From positions 10,635 to 74,634 of the forward strand of contig JAUVXW010000013.1 in assembly GCA_030603385.1 (NCBI GenBank): 64,000 nucleotides of DNA, given 5' to 3'. Under the pieces are notes generated by a model. It searched no databases, had not been told where the DNA came from, and saw nothing but the letters and a program-made list of their open reading frames with translations. The position numbers and the translations under genes are program-made. The stretch is from Promethearchaeota archaeon. GTDB taxonomy: Archaea > Asgardarchaeota > Lokiarchaeia > Sigyniarchaeales > SOKP01. This document shows, one piece after another, positions 1 to 9,756 of this stretch (the stretch's first letter is position 1; every line of letters begins with the position of its first letter).

Positions 1-1430
1 TATTTCCATGCATTACGGGTACAGAAAAATATAAAGCTGTAATGGTTGATGTAAGTGCCAGAGGTATATACGTTGGTAACGACGTCTCACGAATGAGGGG
101 TGTACTTAAAATCAAACATCCAATAGAAAGGGGCGCAATCATGGATTGGGATAGCTTCTACGAAATCCTCAACTATATCTTCTACACTTTGCTTCGAATT
201 GAAGATTTATCCGATTATCCAATATTTTACTGTGAATCACCTTTCATGAATAAAGAAACTAAAGAATACATCGCAAGACTTTTATTTGAAACTCATAAAA
301 TTAAAAGTCTAATTATGATGCCAACACCCTTATTGTCATTATTCAGTGTAGGACTAACAACAGGATTAGTCATAGAGTCAGGAGACGGTCTAACTTGGGT
401 AGTCCCTATTATAAATGGTCAAATGATTCAACATTCCGTACAAAAGCTTCCCCTAGCTGGTGTTGACGTCAATCACAATCTGAAAAATCTTTTAATGAGG
501 GAAGGAATAAATATAGCATCAAGTGCAGTCGATGAAATTATTCAAGAAATTAAAGAAAAAAATTGTTATTTTGTTTTAGATCCGAACAATCCCCCCAAAA
601 CGAATGAGATGTTCAGTACTCCAATGCCAGACGGCTCTACTATAAAAATGCCTAATTATATTCTCTCTCAAGCACCAGAAGTTATGTTTAATCCAGGTAT
701 GTTAGGTTATAGCTCTGTTATGAATTTACCTGATGCTGTAATAGCTAGCTTAAGAGTATTAGATAATAATTACTGGCACGAATTATTATCTCATATTGTA
801 ATTTCAGGAGGAAATCTTTCATATAGCGGTTTTGAGGAAAGATTCGAATCTGAGATGAATGCTGTACTTCCTCAATTAGGTTCAATTCCACGACCAAAAC
901 CAACACTAACTACTGTAAAAAATGAATTAATTCAACTCCAAGCAACTGAAATGTCCAAGAAAAAACATGATACATGTAGTCATTGTGGAGCATTCGTAGA
1001 TTTATCCTCTGGTATTGAATATTGTCCTTCATGTGGAGGGAGATTAGTTTTGCCTGAAATAAAAATCGATTTATCTCCCCAAAGTGGAAAAAGAGCACTA
1101 AAAAAAGGGAATTGTCCCTTCTGTAATAAAGAGATTGCAGATATGTCATCCTCCTTTTGTCCTTATTGTGGAAGATCAATAGAAAGTTTAGAGAAAACTG
1201 ATATTCCCGAAGTTGTAAAAACAAAGACACCTGCTCAAGAATTTACTGAATACATGGAGGCTTCTAGCAAAGTTTTGAAACTCTTTGTGCCTGACAATCT
1301 ACAATTTACTATTTTCAATGGAGCAGCTATTCTAGGAAGTTTACCCTCGTTTCAGAATCTTTTTATCACCTATGAGCAATTTCAATCTAATAAAGATCTG
1401 TTATATAGGGATATAAGCGAAATTCTTTAA
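1..1430 (+). CDS. Actin-family protein (eukaryote/Asgard-like actin fold), 5' end outside window, with internal double zinc-ribbon insertion
   Basis: Frame is open from nt 3 (FPCITGTEKYKAV precedes the first Met at 42). Collinear by eye with actin: YVGND..RG.L.IKHPIERG.I.DWD, ESGDGLTWVVPI (actin DSGDGVTHTVPI), LPLAG.D, IKEKNCYFVLD (actin IKEKLCYVALD), ISGGN.SY.GF..R, FNGAAILGSL (actin [10 protein letters not shown]). Confidence 0.85.
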   Translation, partial: FPCITGTEKYKAVMVDVSARGIYVGNDVSRMRGVLKIKHPIERGAIMDWDSFYEILNYIFYTLLRIEDLSDYPIFYCESPFMNKETKEYIARLLFETHKIKSLIMMPTPLLSLFSVGLTTGLVIESGDGLTWVVPIINGQMIQHSVQKLPLAGVDVNHNLKNLLMREGINIASSAVDEIIQEIKEKNCYFVLDPNNPPKTNEMFSTPMPDGSTIKMPNYILSQAPEVMFNPGMLGYSSVMNLPDAVIASLRVLDNNYWHELLSHIVISGGNLSYSGFEERFESEMNAVLPQLGSIPRPKPTLTTVKNELIQLQATEMSKKKHDTCSHCGAFVDLSSGIEYCPSCGGRLVLPEIKIDLSPQSGKRALKKGNCPFCNKEIADMSSSFCPYCGRSIESLEKTDIPEVVKTKTPAQEFTEYMEASSKVLKLFVPDNLQFTIFNGAAILGSLPSFQNLFITYEQFQSNKDLLYRDISEIL

Positions 1431-1581
1431 AATTAAAGGATTTTTGATAAAAAATTAATAAAAACCCATTTTGTCTTTTTTTTTAGGATATCTAATTAAT
1501 AAGTGCCATTGATAGATAATTTTTAATTTCAAGGTAAATTTAAAATATTAAAATTTTATTCATTTAGCTTAGGTTTTTTAT

Positions 1582-2670
1582 TTGAAGAGCAAATTTCGGT
1601 ATTTCACTATTCTATTCCTAGTGTTTTTTTTTACATTGAATATAATTCCGATTGTATTAGGTAAAACACGAAATGCATATTTAATCGATTTTCTTTTTAG
1701 CACTGAGATTGAAGGTGAAGGATTTAAAAATGGGATTGAAGGGGAAGGACCCAGTAATGAGGCAACGGCTTATGCTTTAGAGATTTTAGACTATTATGGT
1801 CGAACAGCTCATGACGTTACTGATCTCGAAACATACTTAGAAACAGAATTAGAGACTATGTTTGACGATGATGAAATTGTACTTTATGAATTATACTACT
1901 TACTTAAATCCTTAAATGTATTAGATTTTAATTATTCAAGTTTAAAAAATAGAATCCATCAGTTTATTAATGGAACTGAACAAATTGGCGGAGGATTTTC
2001 ATTTTCAAATACATCTACATTAGCAAGTATGAGCTCAACATACTTTGTTGTTCAAGTTTTTAATTTAATAGAAGAATCTATACCAAATAAAACTGTTCAT
2101 AGAGATTGGATTATATTATGTAATAATAGTGATGGTGGATACGGTGGTAATAGAAGTTTATCTTCTACTTTACTTACCACATATTATGCCGTTTATCTTT
2201 TGGATGTATTAAGCTCATTTAATGATTTAGCAGATATAAATCTGACTTCAACCTATTTAAATTCTTTTTACATACAGAATCCATCAGATACGAATAATTT
2301 TGGGGGGTGTAAACCTGACCTCACAGCTAATTACGCCTTGATAAGCAGTACGTATCACTGTGTAAGTGCGATTTATATCATTAATGAAAGTATGCTTAAT
2401 AGTGGTCAAACTACAAAATGGATATTATCTCGTCAATATTTTCAAGATGGAGGTTTTGCAGATATAACAGAGGGAACCAGCCAGCGAATCTCATCTGTAA
2501 TTTCATCGTATTATGCCTTTGAAACTTTAGATTTATTTGGTTCATTGGGAAAATTGTCAGCAGCAGTATTTATGGTAGAATTTGACTACTGGATTTTAAT
2601 AATCATATTGGGGAGCATTGGCTTAGTTGCGGCTATAGGTGTAATTCTTTGGCGAAGAAGAAGAATTTAA
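1582..2670 (+). CDS. Secreted, C-terminally anchored protein with prenyltransferase/terpene-cyclase-like (alpha-alpha toroid) repeats
   Basis: TTG start; N-terminal hydrophobic signal-like segment (FTILFLVFFFTLNIIPIVLG); recurring G-G-aromatic repeat cores (IGGGFSFSN, SDGGYGGN, QDGGFADI); C-terminal TM helix followed by RRRRI. Confidence 0.4.
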   Translation: MKSKFRYFTILFLVFFFTLNIIPIVLGKTRNAYLIDFLFSTEIEGEGFKNGIEGEGPSNEATAYALEILDYYGRTAHDVTDLETYLETELETMFDDDEIVLYELYYLLKSLNVLDFNYSSLKNRIHQFINGTEQIGGGFSFSNTSTLASMSSTYFVVQVFNLIEESIPNKTVHRDWIILCNNSDGGYGGNRSLSSTLLTTYYAVYLLDVLSSFNDLADINLTSTYLNSFYIQNPSDTNNFGGCKPDLTANYALISSTYHCVSAIYIINESMLNSGQTTKWILSRQYFQDGGFADITEGTSQRISSVISSYYAFETLDLFGSLGKLSAAVFMVEFDYWILIIILGSIGLVAAIGVILWRRRRI

Positions 2671-2762
2671 TATTTTTTTACTAAAAAATAAAAGAAAATT
2701 CAAATGAGTCTTTCTTATTTTAATATGACTATAATTCTAGATTTAAAAATATATATCAAATT

Positions 2763-3629
2763 ATGAATGATAAAATATTAGATGGAAAGTCATTAGCAGA
2801 AAAACTAAATTTGGCATTGAAAGTTAAAATTAAGGAAGCAGTAGATAGAATAGGTATTAAACCTAAAATAGTTACTATATTAGTTGGAGAAGATCCCGCT
2901 TCAAAAGTCTATTTGAATATGAAGAAGAGAACCAGTGCTTTTGTAGGTATAGAATCAGAAATTTTAGAATTAGATGAACATATTTCAAAAGAGAAAATTA
3001 CAGAAAAAATCAATAAACTTAACACAAATGATAATGTACATGGTATTTTACTACAACTACCTCTTCCAAAATCCCAAGCTTCTAATACACTAAAGTATAT
3101 TGAAAATATATCCCCAAAAAAGGACGTAGACGGATTAACTCCTGTAAATAAAGGTAGACTTTACGATTATAACGAAAACCTAGCACCATGTACTCCTACA
3201 GGAATTATTACATTACTAGAATATTATAACATTGAACTAAAAGGGAAAGAAGTAGTTATCATTAATCGTTCAAATCTTGTCGGTAAACCTTTAATCTTTA
3301 TGATGCTTAAACGGAATGCTACTGTTTCAGTTTGTCATACATCCACAATAAATATTGAAAACCATATGAGAAGAGCAGATATCTTAGTTGTAGCTGTTAG
3401 GCATCCAAATTTTGTAACTAAAGAAAAAATAAAAAAGGGTGCAATAATAATCGATGTAGGTATCAATAGAGTCAATGGAAAATTATGTGGAGATGTAAAT
3501 TTTGAAGATGTTTTTGAAAAAAGTGGTAAAATTGCTCCTTCTCCTGGGGGTATTGGCCCACTAACTGTTCACTTTTTGCTACAAAATACTTTTACAGCAT
3601 ATAAAAATCAATTAGGAATTAATTTTTGA
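2763..3629 (+). CDS. folD: Bifunctional methylene-tetrahydrofolate dehydrogenase / methenyl-THF cyclohydrolase
   Basis: ILDGKSLAEKL start, VGEDPASKVYLNMK, HGILLQLPLP, DVDGLTP.N.G, PCTP.GI, NRSNLVGKP, PGGIGPLTV; size 288 aa typical of FolD. Confidence 0.85.
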   Translation: MNDKILDGKSLAEKLNLALKVKIKEAVDRIGIKPKIVTILVGEDPASKVYLNMKKRTSAFVGIESEILELDEHISKEKITEKINKLNTNDNVHGILLQLPLPKSQASNTLKYIENISPKKDVDGLTPVNKGRLYDYNENLAPCTPTGIITLLEYYNIELKGKEVVIINRSNLVGKPLIFMMLKRNATVSVCHTSTINIENHMRRADILVVAVRHPNFVTKEKIKKGAIIIDVGINRVNGKLCGDVNFEDVFEKSGKIAPSPGGIGPLTVHFLLQNTFTAYKNQLGINF

Positions 3630-3795
3630 CTAAAGTATAATTCTATAATAACCTTTTATAAAATTAAAAACAATTAAAATTATATTTAATTGAAATTTTA
3701 AAAAAAGATAGTAATAAAAACTTTCATTATTACTATAAAACAAGATAACGAACATTAATAATATCTTAGAGTTAGAACAAAGTTCCTTATAAAAA

Positions 3796-4251
3796 ATGGC
3801 AATATTAGAAGTTGGAATCAATATCGGAATGAAAAGCTTAATTGAGATTAAGTATTATTCATCTTCGGATAATTTATTAGATCCAGATTTGCGTGCTGGA
3901 TTTCTAACTGCATTGGAAAGTTTTACTAGTGAAGTTTTTGGTGACGATATTAACGTAATCTCTCTTGCAAGCTTTAAGTTAGTCTGCTATTGTGAAATGA
4001 TACAAATGCCCAGCAATGATGCTGAAAATACACAACCATTATTATCGTTTGCCATTATTGAAAAAGGAACAGAAGTTCCGGTAGTTAAAGATCAATTAAA
4101 CGAAATTGTTACTTATTTTCTAAACCGATATTCATTGAATGATATTTTTTCTAAAAAACCTAAATATTTTAAAGATTTTGAAACTCGTATAAATGAAATC
4201 TTAGGAGACTTAAAACTAAAAACAGAGGATCGTTTTAGATCCATATTTTAG
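3796..4251 (+). CDS. Hypothetical small protein, possible longin-like alpha/beta fold
   Basis: 151 aa. Apparent beta-beta-alpha-beta-beta-beta-alpha pattern (SLIEIKYY / DPDLRAGFLTALESFTSEVFG / INVISLASFKLVCYCEM / LLSFAIIEKG / VVKDQLNEIVTYFLNRY). Sits directly upstream of the DRG-like GTPase. Fold call is by eye only. Confidence 0.35.
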   Translation: MAILEVGINIGMKSLIEIKYYSSSDNLLDPDLRAGFLTALESFTSEVFGDDINVISLASFKLVCYCEMIQMPSNDAENTQPLLSFAIIEKGTEVPVVKDQLNEIVTYFLNRYSLNDIFSKKPKYFKDFETRINEILGDLKLKTEDRFRSIF

Positions 4252-4318
4252 AGGGACTCTTGAAGTTCCACGTATCAAGATGGAAAGATATGTAAATAAC
4301 TTTTACAGGGATTGATTT

Positions 4319-5515
4319 TTGAGTTCGAATATTGGAGCACCAGCTAAAGCGAAGTACCAAGAATATTTAGATGCGGGATCTTTAGAGCAAAAAATAAAAC
4401 TACTGGGGGAATTCATTTCTTTAGTTCCTAAACATAAAGCAACAGAGAAGATTATAGCACTAAATAAATCTCGTGTTGCTAAGATGAAACGTGAGATTGA
4501 AGACCGAATACAGCAGCAGAAGATTACTCAAAAGGTTGTCAGCCCCTTTTCAATCAAAAAAGAAGGAATTCAAATAATATTGATAAGTGCGTATTATACA
4601 CCTGGAGTTGGTAAAACTTCTCTTTTAAACTTTTTAACTGGTGCTGCGGAAGAAAAAATTGGTAAATTTACTGCTCTTCCTGAAATAGGAATCTATCAAT
4701 ATAACAAAATTCGATTTCAAATCGTAGAAATGCCTTCCATCATGAGAGGAGCATCAGAGGGTATAGGAAATGGAAAAGAAATATTATCTCAACTTAGATC
4801 TTGCGATTTAATTTGTATATGTGTGGATCTATCGAGAAGTTTTGAAGAGCAGATGAGTTTACTTTTAGAAGAATTATCTAAAGCTGAAATTAGAATAAAT
4901 ATACCTCCTCCTCCTCTAAAAATTCAAAAGACAGGTTCAAATAAAATTCAAGTCCTGTATTTAACAAGTGATGCCAAAAATGTCGAGGATATTAAAGACT
5001 TTACTGAAAAAATTAAAGAAATTATACTTGAAAATGGGATAAGAAATGCTATAGTAAAAGTTTATGGAGCTATTTCTTTTGATGATCTTGTAGATGCTTT
5101 AAATCCTTCTGTTGTCTATAAAAAAGCTATGGTTATAGCAACTAAAGGTGATCTCCCCCACACCGAGGAACCATTCGAAAAATTAAAACGGGAGTATTCT
5201 GATAAATTTTCAAAAATAATAGGGACTAGTGTACATAAAAGAAACGTCCCTCAAGATTTTGGTGAAGTAATTCTAAGATTTTTAAAGAAAATACGAATAT
5301 ATACAATGAGCGTTGGAGGAGATATAGCAGAGAAACCATTAATAATGGAGGAAAATTCAACTATTAAAGATGCTGCAATTAAGATTCATAAAAGTTTCTA
5401 TGAATCTTTTGATCACGCGATAGTTATAAGGCAAGACGCTCGTCAAAAACGTAAAAGGGTTGGACTAGATTACGAATTACATGATATGGATATAATTGAA
5501 ATCTCTACTATGTGA
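4319..5515 (+). CDS. DRG/Obg-family GTPase homologue with C-terminal TGS-like domain and divergent G motifs
   Basis: TTG start. N-terminal KHKATEKIIALNKSRVAKMKREIE resembles the DRG N-terminal helix. P-loop YTPGVGKT, G4-like TKGD. C-terminal IRIYTMSVGG..KPLIMEENSTIKDAAIKIHKSF resembles TGS. G3 position reads EMPS instead of DxPG. Confidence 0.65.
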   Translation: MSSNIGAPAKAKYQEYLDAGSLEQKIKLLGEFISLVPKHKATEKIIALNKSRVAKMKREIEDRIQQQKITQKVVSPFSIKKEGIQIILISAYYTPGVGKTSLLNFLTGAAEEKIGKFTALPEIGIYQYNKIRFQIVEMPSIMRGASEGIGNGKEILSQLRSCDLICICVDLSRSFEEQMSLLLEELSKAEIRINIPPPPLKIQKTGSNKIQVLYLTSDAKNVEDIKDFTEKIKEIILENGIRNAIVKVYGAISFDDLVDALNPSVVYKKAMVIATKGDLPHTEEPFEKLKREYSDKFSKIIGTSVHKRNVPQDFGEVILRFLKKIRIYTMSVGGDIAEKPLIMEENSTIKDAAIKIHKSFYESFDHAIVIRQDARQKRKRVGLDYELHDMDIIEISTM

Positions 5516-5542
5516 TTTTCTTTATTTTATAATTAGGTCTAT

Positions 5543-8212
5543 TCAATATTTTATCTGTTCGATTAAATTAGGAATCTCTTGGATCTCCAATTTATATTTT
5601 GAATCTAAATCGAAAATTCCTTCTAATATATTTTTTATACTCTCTAAACTATAGATTAAATTTTCTAGATAACCGATCATATCACCTTTGTGAATTACTA
5701 TTTTATATTCTTCCACAAAATAATTACAAATTTCCTCTATTGTTAATTTATGCTCTACTCGTAAATTTAATATGATTTTCTCAAGGTTTAATCGTCCACA
5801 ATCGCAATATGGTGAATCTTTACAACTACAATTGAAAATTTCACTAATCCATTTCGAAATGAATTCTATAAATTCCTGAGAAAATGTTTTTCTTTTTCTT
5901 ACATAATCTGCATTCAAAAGAGAAAGAACGCTACCACTAAATAAATTATTACTAAGATACCTCATATTCACATTTTTAGCTAAATCTGCTACAATTCCTT
6001 TAGACAAATATACGTTTTTAATAGGTTTAAGGTCAAGAGCAATTGTAATTACTGTCTTCTCCTTATTCTTTATTATTTCCACAATTTCTAAACATTGTTC
6101 TGTAGTTAGGAATGACTTTGCGATAGCTTGCCCTAAATGAGTGGATTTATAGACAAAATTTTCTTTTATTCTTATTGTCCTCATCAGATTTAATTTTTTC
6201 AAAAATGAATCTAACTCATATTTGTTATTAATTAAAAGTTCGAAATATTTATAGATTATCTCTTTTTTAATGCCTTGATTAAACATAGATATAAAGGCTA
6301 ATAATTCTGTTAAACTTTTACTTTCATTTGGGAGTAATTCAAAATCTTTAATTTTTCCATTTAATAATTTAATAGCTATTACTTCTTCAGTTTCTTTCAT
6401 TTTAGGAGAATAAACCTTTTCTGGCTCCACAAGTAAATATGCATAACCTAAATCATGCTTTCCTAGCCTTCCACTGCGTCCTAACATCTGTTCAAATTCT
6501 GCTACGCTTAGCCATTTAATACCCATAGCTAAGGATTCAAAGATTACTTGACTTGCTGGAAGATCCACACCAGCAGCTAATGCAGCAGTCGCGATTACTC
6601 CGGCAATTTTTTGAGCTCTAAAGTCACCTTCAATTGCTTTTCGTTCCTCATTAGTTAACCCAGAATGGTATGAAGATACATTGATTCCTCTTTCTTGCAA
6701 GTGAGCGGTGATAATTTCACATTTGTTCCTAGTGTTGGTAAAAATTATCGACTGACCTTTAAAACCATATTTAGATTTTTTAAAGTAAGCCGCTTTAACT
6801 AATTTTGAAATTCGTTTGTATTTTTGAACTTCATTAAGGCATAGTATTAGATGTCTCTCAATGGGAACAGGTCTGTTGTTATACATAATCAACTTGCAAT
6901 CTAATTTTTCAGCTAAAAGTTTTGGTTCTCCTAACGTTGCACTTAAATATAAAAATTGAGCTTCATTATAAAGCAACTTCATACGAGCAATGAATCCATC
7001 TAATAAGTAACCTCTCTCTAAATCAATCATGGTTTGAATCTCGTCAACAATAATCGTACTAATATTTCCTAGTAGTGACTTTTTGCCACTTCTTAAAACA
7101 TAATCTATTGCTTCATATGTAGCTATAATTATATCTGCATTGATTAAATCCTCTTGGGCTGTTTCTTCACTTTTTTCAAATAAAGATGCCCCTACTTTTT
7201 TTAATATTTTTAAGTTTAAAGATTTATATCTTTCCTTAAATTCTTCAGTTCTTAAATTAGCTAAAGCTACAATTGGTACAAGATAAAGTATTTTTGCACT
7301 TCTATTCTTTAAAACTTTCGAGACACCTGCTAATTCTCCTACTAATGTTTTCCCTCCTGAAGTTGGCGCTATTATTAATTGGTTTGAAGATTCACTTATT
7401 AAACCTTTTTCAATAGCTAGAGCTTGTATTGGCAACAATAAATTTAGATTAAATTGCTTTAATACCTTTTTAAAAGGCTGCGGGATCTCTAAGTCCTCAA
7501 TTTTTTTATTAAGATATTTTTTATTAATTGGAGATTTTTTTTCAATATCGTAAAGTGTAATATCTCTATTGGTTGCAGGATTAAAATCCGCTTGAAATGC
7601 GGTTAAAATTTTTTTTATATTTTTAAATTTTAGAATCATATGTGTAAAAAAGCTTTTTAACTTTGGATTAATCCGACCTTGATTAACTAAACCTCTATGT
7701 CTTAGTTCCCTAGAAATGATATTATATGCACATTCAGAGCATAATATTTGATTTTTAAATGATAATATTTGAGATCCCTCGTTTAAAATTGTGAATTTCT
7801 GAGTACTTAAGCAAGATTTACAAAAAGTTAAATTCTTTATTTTATTTTCATCAAATTGAAAGTTTTTAAGCATTTCATTTATAATGGTGAGATTTTCAAG
7901 AGAAGATTGGCTTGAAAATGCAATAAATCTGTTTTTATCAGAAAGTAAAAATTTTTTAAAGAGGTGAGGGTTAATTGGAGCGACATTTCCATCTTTTTCA
8001 ATTTTATTAAAACTTAATGGACGAATTCTATTTTTGAAATCTAAACCAAAAAGAACAATCCCCCTAAAAAAAGGTTCGTTGATATAGGAAAATTTGAAAC
8101 CTTTTTCCTTAAACTTTTTGATATAAAAGAAATTAACATTAAAAATCAGATCTTTCTTAGATTTTTCTTTACGATCTAAAACAATAAAAAAATCCCTTGA
8201 AGATATGCTCAA
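5543..8212 (-). CDS. Superfamily-2 (Ski2/Hel308-like) DEAD/DEAH-box helicase with Cys-rich N- and C-terminal modules
   Basis: APTSGGKTLVGELA (motif I), VDEIQ (II), SATL (III), TAALAAGVDLPA (V), QMLGRSGR (VI); Cys clusters CKSC..CSEC near the N-terminus and CSCKDSPYCDCG near the C-terminus. Confidence 0.8.
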   Translation of the reverse strand: MSISSRDFFIVLDRKEKSKKDLIFNVNFFYIKKFKEKGFKFSYINEPFFRGIVLFGLDFKNRIRPLSFNKIEKDGNVAPINPHLFKKFLLSDKNRFIAFSSQSSLENLTIINEMLKNFQFDENKIKNLTFCKSCLSTQKFTILNEGSQILSFKNQILCSECAYNIISRELRHRGLVNQGRINPKLKSFFTHMILKFKNIKKILTAFQADFNPATNRDITLYDIEKKSPINKKYLNKKIEDLEIPQPFKKVLKQFNLNLLLPIQALAIEKGLISESSNQLIIAPTSGGKTLVGELAGVSKVLKNRSAKILYLVPIVALANLRTEEFKERYKSLNLKILKKVGASLFEKSEETAQEDLINADIIIATYEAIDYVLRSGKKSLLGNISTIIVDEIQTMIDLERGYLLDGFIARMKLLYNEAQFLYLSATLGEPKLLAEKLDCKLIMYNNRPVPIERHLILCLNEVQKYKRISKLVKAAYFKKSKYGFKGQSIIFTNTRNKCEIITAHLQERGINVSSYHSGLTNEERKAIEGDFRAQKIAGVIATAALAAGVDLPASQVIFESLAMGIKWLSVAEFEQMLGRSGRLGKHDLGYAYLLVEPEKVYSPKMKETEEVIAIKLLNGKIKDFELLPNESKSLTELLAFISMFNQGIKKEIIYKYFELLINNKYELDSFLKKLNLMRTIRIKENFVYKSTHLGQAIAKSFLTTEQCLEIVEIIKNKEKTVITIALDLKPIKNVYLSKGIVADLAKNVNMRYLSNNLFSGSVLSLLNADYVRKRKTFSQEFIEFISKWISEIFNCSCKDSPYCDCGRLNLEKIILNLRVEHKLTIEEICNYFVEEYKIVIHKGDMIGYLENLIYSLESIKNILEGIFDLDSKYKLEIQEIPNLIEQIKY

Positions 8213-8329
8213 ATATGAGACCTTTTAAAATGTTAAGTTGTAATTAAAATGAATGAAAAAAGCCACTTCAATTTTACTATTTACAATACGTAAATACAAT
8301 GAAATAAGTTATTAAAAAAGAATAGAAAT

Positions 8330-8491
8330 TTAAAAACCAAAAACTTGTTTGATTTTATCATAGACTTCCTTAATCTGTCTTAGCTTTCCTTCATCTCCTT
8401 GATTTAAAAAATGCTCGACCCATTGCCCAAAAGCGCCGCCTTTAATCCATTCAAGGAAAAATTCAACTGATTGACGTTCCTCTGCAGACAT
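8330..8491 (-). CDS. Small hypothetical protein (53 aa), below the ORF-track cutoff
   Basis: Hand translation of the minus strand: MSAEERQSVEFFLEWIKGGAFGQWVEHFLNQGDEGKLRQIKEVYDKIKQVFGF, ATG to TAA. Locally G+C-richer than the flanking spacer. No recognisable family. Confidence 0.3.
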   Translation of the reverse strand: MSAEERQSVEFFLEWIKGGAFGQWVEHFLNQGDEGKLRQIKEVYDKIKQVFGF

Positions 8492-8645
8492 TTTATATTC
8501 GTTTTTTTTTCTAATTTGGTTTTTTATTTTTAATTTGCTTCTATATAAAAGTTATAAATTATTCTATTTTATATTTTTATAATTTCAAATTTGAATAAAA
8601 TAAAGTTATTGAAATTTTAAAATAAATTTTTAAGATGATAAGAAA

Positions 8646-9605
8646 ATGCCCGATATAAGAATAAAAACACCATCATTGGATTTAATTTTCGAAAAATGGA
8701 AACAAAAGGCTGCAAGAACTGATCGCAAAAGGATGGAGAAAGAATTTGGAACAAAAGGAGCAGTTTTTTCATTAGATGCTGTTAGCGGTGCAGAATATGT
8801 AAAGGATACGATGAAAGAAGTAGCAATATATTTTGCTGTTAAGAAATCTCTTGGTCCCGCACCAAAAGGAAAGGAAGAAAATACGGTGACTGCTCCAAGG
8901 GTAAGTAGAGAGCAGTTCTATTCATTTAAAGGATCAGGTAAGATTAATAAAGAGGAATGGAAAGGAAACGAAATTGTCCCTCAGTTTGAATCGATCCAAG
9001 CAGTTTCCTGTAAGACATGCAGAGGAAAAGGATACATTGAAAATAAATGCAAAATGTGTAAAGGTACCGGAAAAATTGAAGAAACATTTACTGTATTAGT
9101 TGGTGAAGAACAAAATAAAGAGAAAAAACCGTTTACTTATCCATGTGGCGCTTGTTATGGGACTGGAAATAGAACAGAACCGTGTAAAGAATGTGAAGGT
9201 CATAAAAATCTGTACAAATATGAGGAGCTTCCTGTTCCATTTCAAACAGTGGTTACAGGGGTCCCTATTCTTCAATCTAGTGCCCAAACGAAATATGAAA
9301 AAGAGATTGGAGACGATCTCCATAAAATGATTGAAGATATCGAAGGTATAAGATTTAACAATTTTAAAGAATTAGAAACAAAAGCAGAGGCGTCATTAGG
9401 ATATTGGAATAAAAATATTAAAAAAACCATAAGTTCAGCTGGCAGCGATTATAAATCTTACGAAAAAGATAAAGATGCTCAAATTACTACACAAATCTAT
9501 CTTTTCCCTATGATACAGATGTATGCTGAAACAAAACGAGGCAAAAAATTTGAAATATATAGTCTTGGTTCAGGAACTAAATTTATGGTATATTCCAACT
9601 TTTAA
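8646..9605 (+). CDS. Hypothetical protein with DnaJ-type CxxCxGxG zinc-finger module (no J domain)
   Basis: Four knuckles: CKTCRGKG, CKMCKGTG, CGACYGTG, CKECEGHK. No HPD/J-domain sequence seen. Confidence 0.5.
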   Translation: MPDIRIKTPSLDLIFEKWKQKAARTDRKRMEKEFGTKGAVFSLDAVSGAEYVKDTMKEVAIYFAVKKSLGPAPKGKEENTVTAPRVSREQFYSFKGSGKINKEEWKGNEIVPQFESIQAVSCKTCRGKGYIENKCKMCKGTGKIEETFTVLVGEEQNKEKKPFTYPCGACYGTGNRTEPCKECEGHKNLYKYEELPVPFQTVVTGVPILQSSAQTKYEKEIGDDLHKMIEDIEGIRFNNFKELETKAEASLGYWNKNIKKTISSAGSDYKSYEKDKDAQITTQIYLFPMIQMYAETKRGKKFEIYSLGSGTKFMVYSNF

Positions 9606-9756
9606 TTCATTTTTTTTTATTTTAATCCTAAATTTTATTTTTTCTTTACTTGATATTAGATTAGCACAAATTAAAAAACATGTCAAAAATTAATAAATAT
9701 GCATTTTAATATAAGAAAATTTTAAAAACAAAAAAAACAAAACATTGATTAGGATT

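Noticed and set aside
910-1230. 106-aa ORF antisense to the actin-family gene
   Set aside because: It lies entirely inside a well-supported CDS on the opposite strand and has low-complexity AT-codon composition (L, F, Y, N, K rich). This is a typical shadow ORF.
9096-9330. Two ~75-aa ORFs (both strands) inside the DnaJ-type zinc-finger gene
   Set aside because: They are embedded in a longer ORF with clear motif content and have no motifs of their own.
9606-9756. Riboswitch upstream of the ECF S-component-like gene
   Set aside because: The spacer is almost pure A/T with no conserved riboswitch core sequences or G+C-rich helices.
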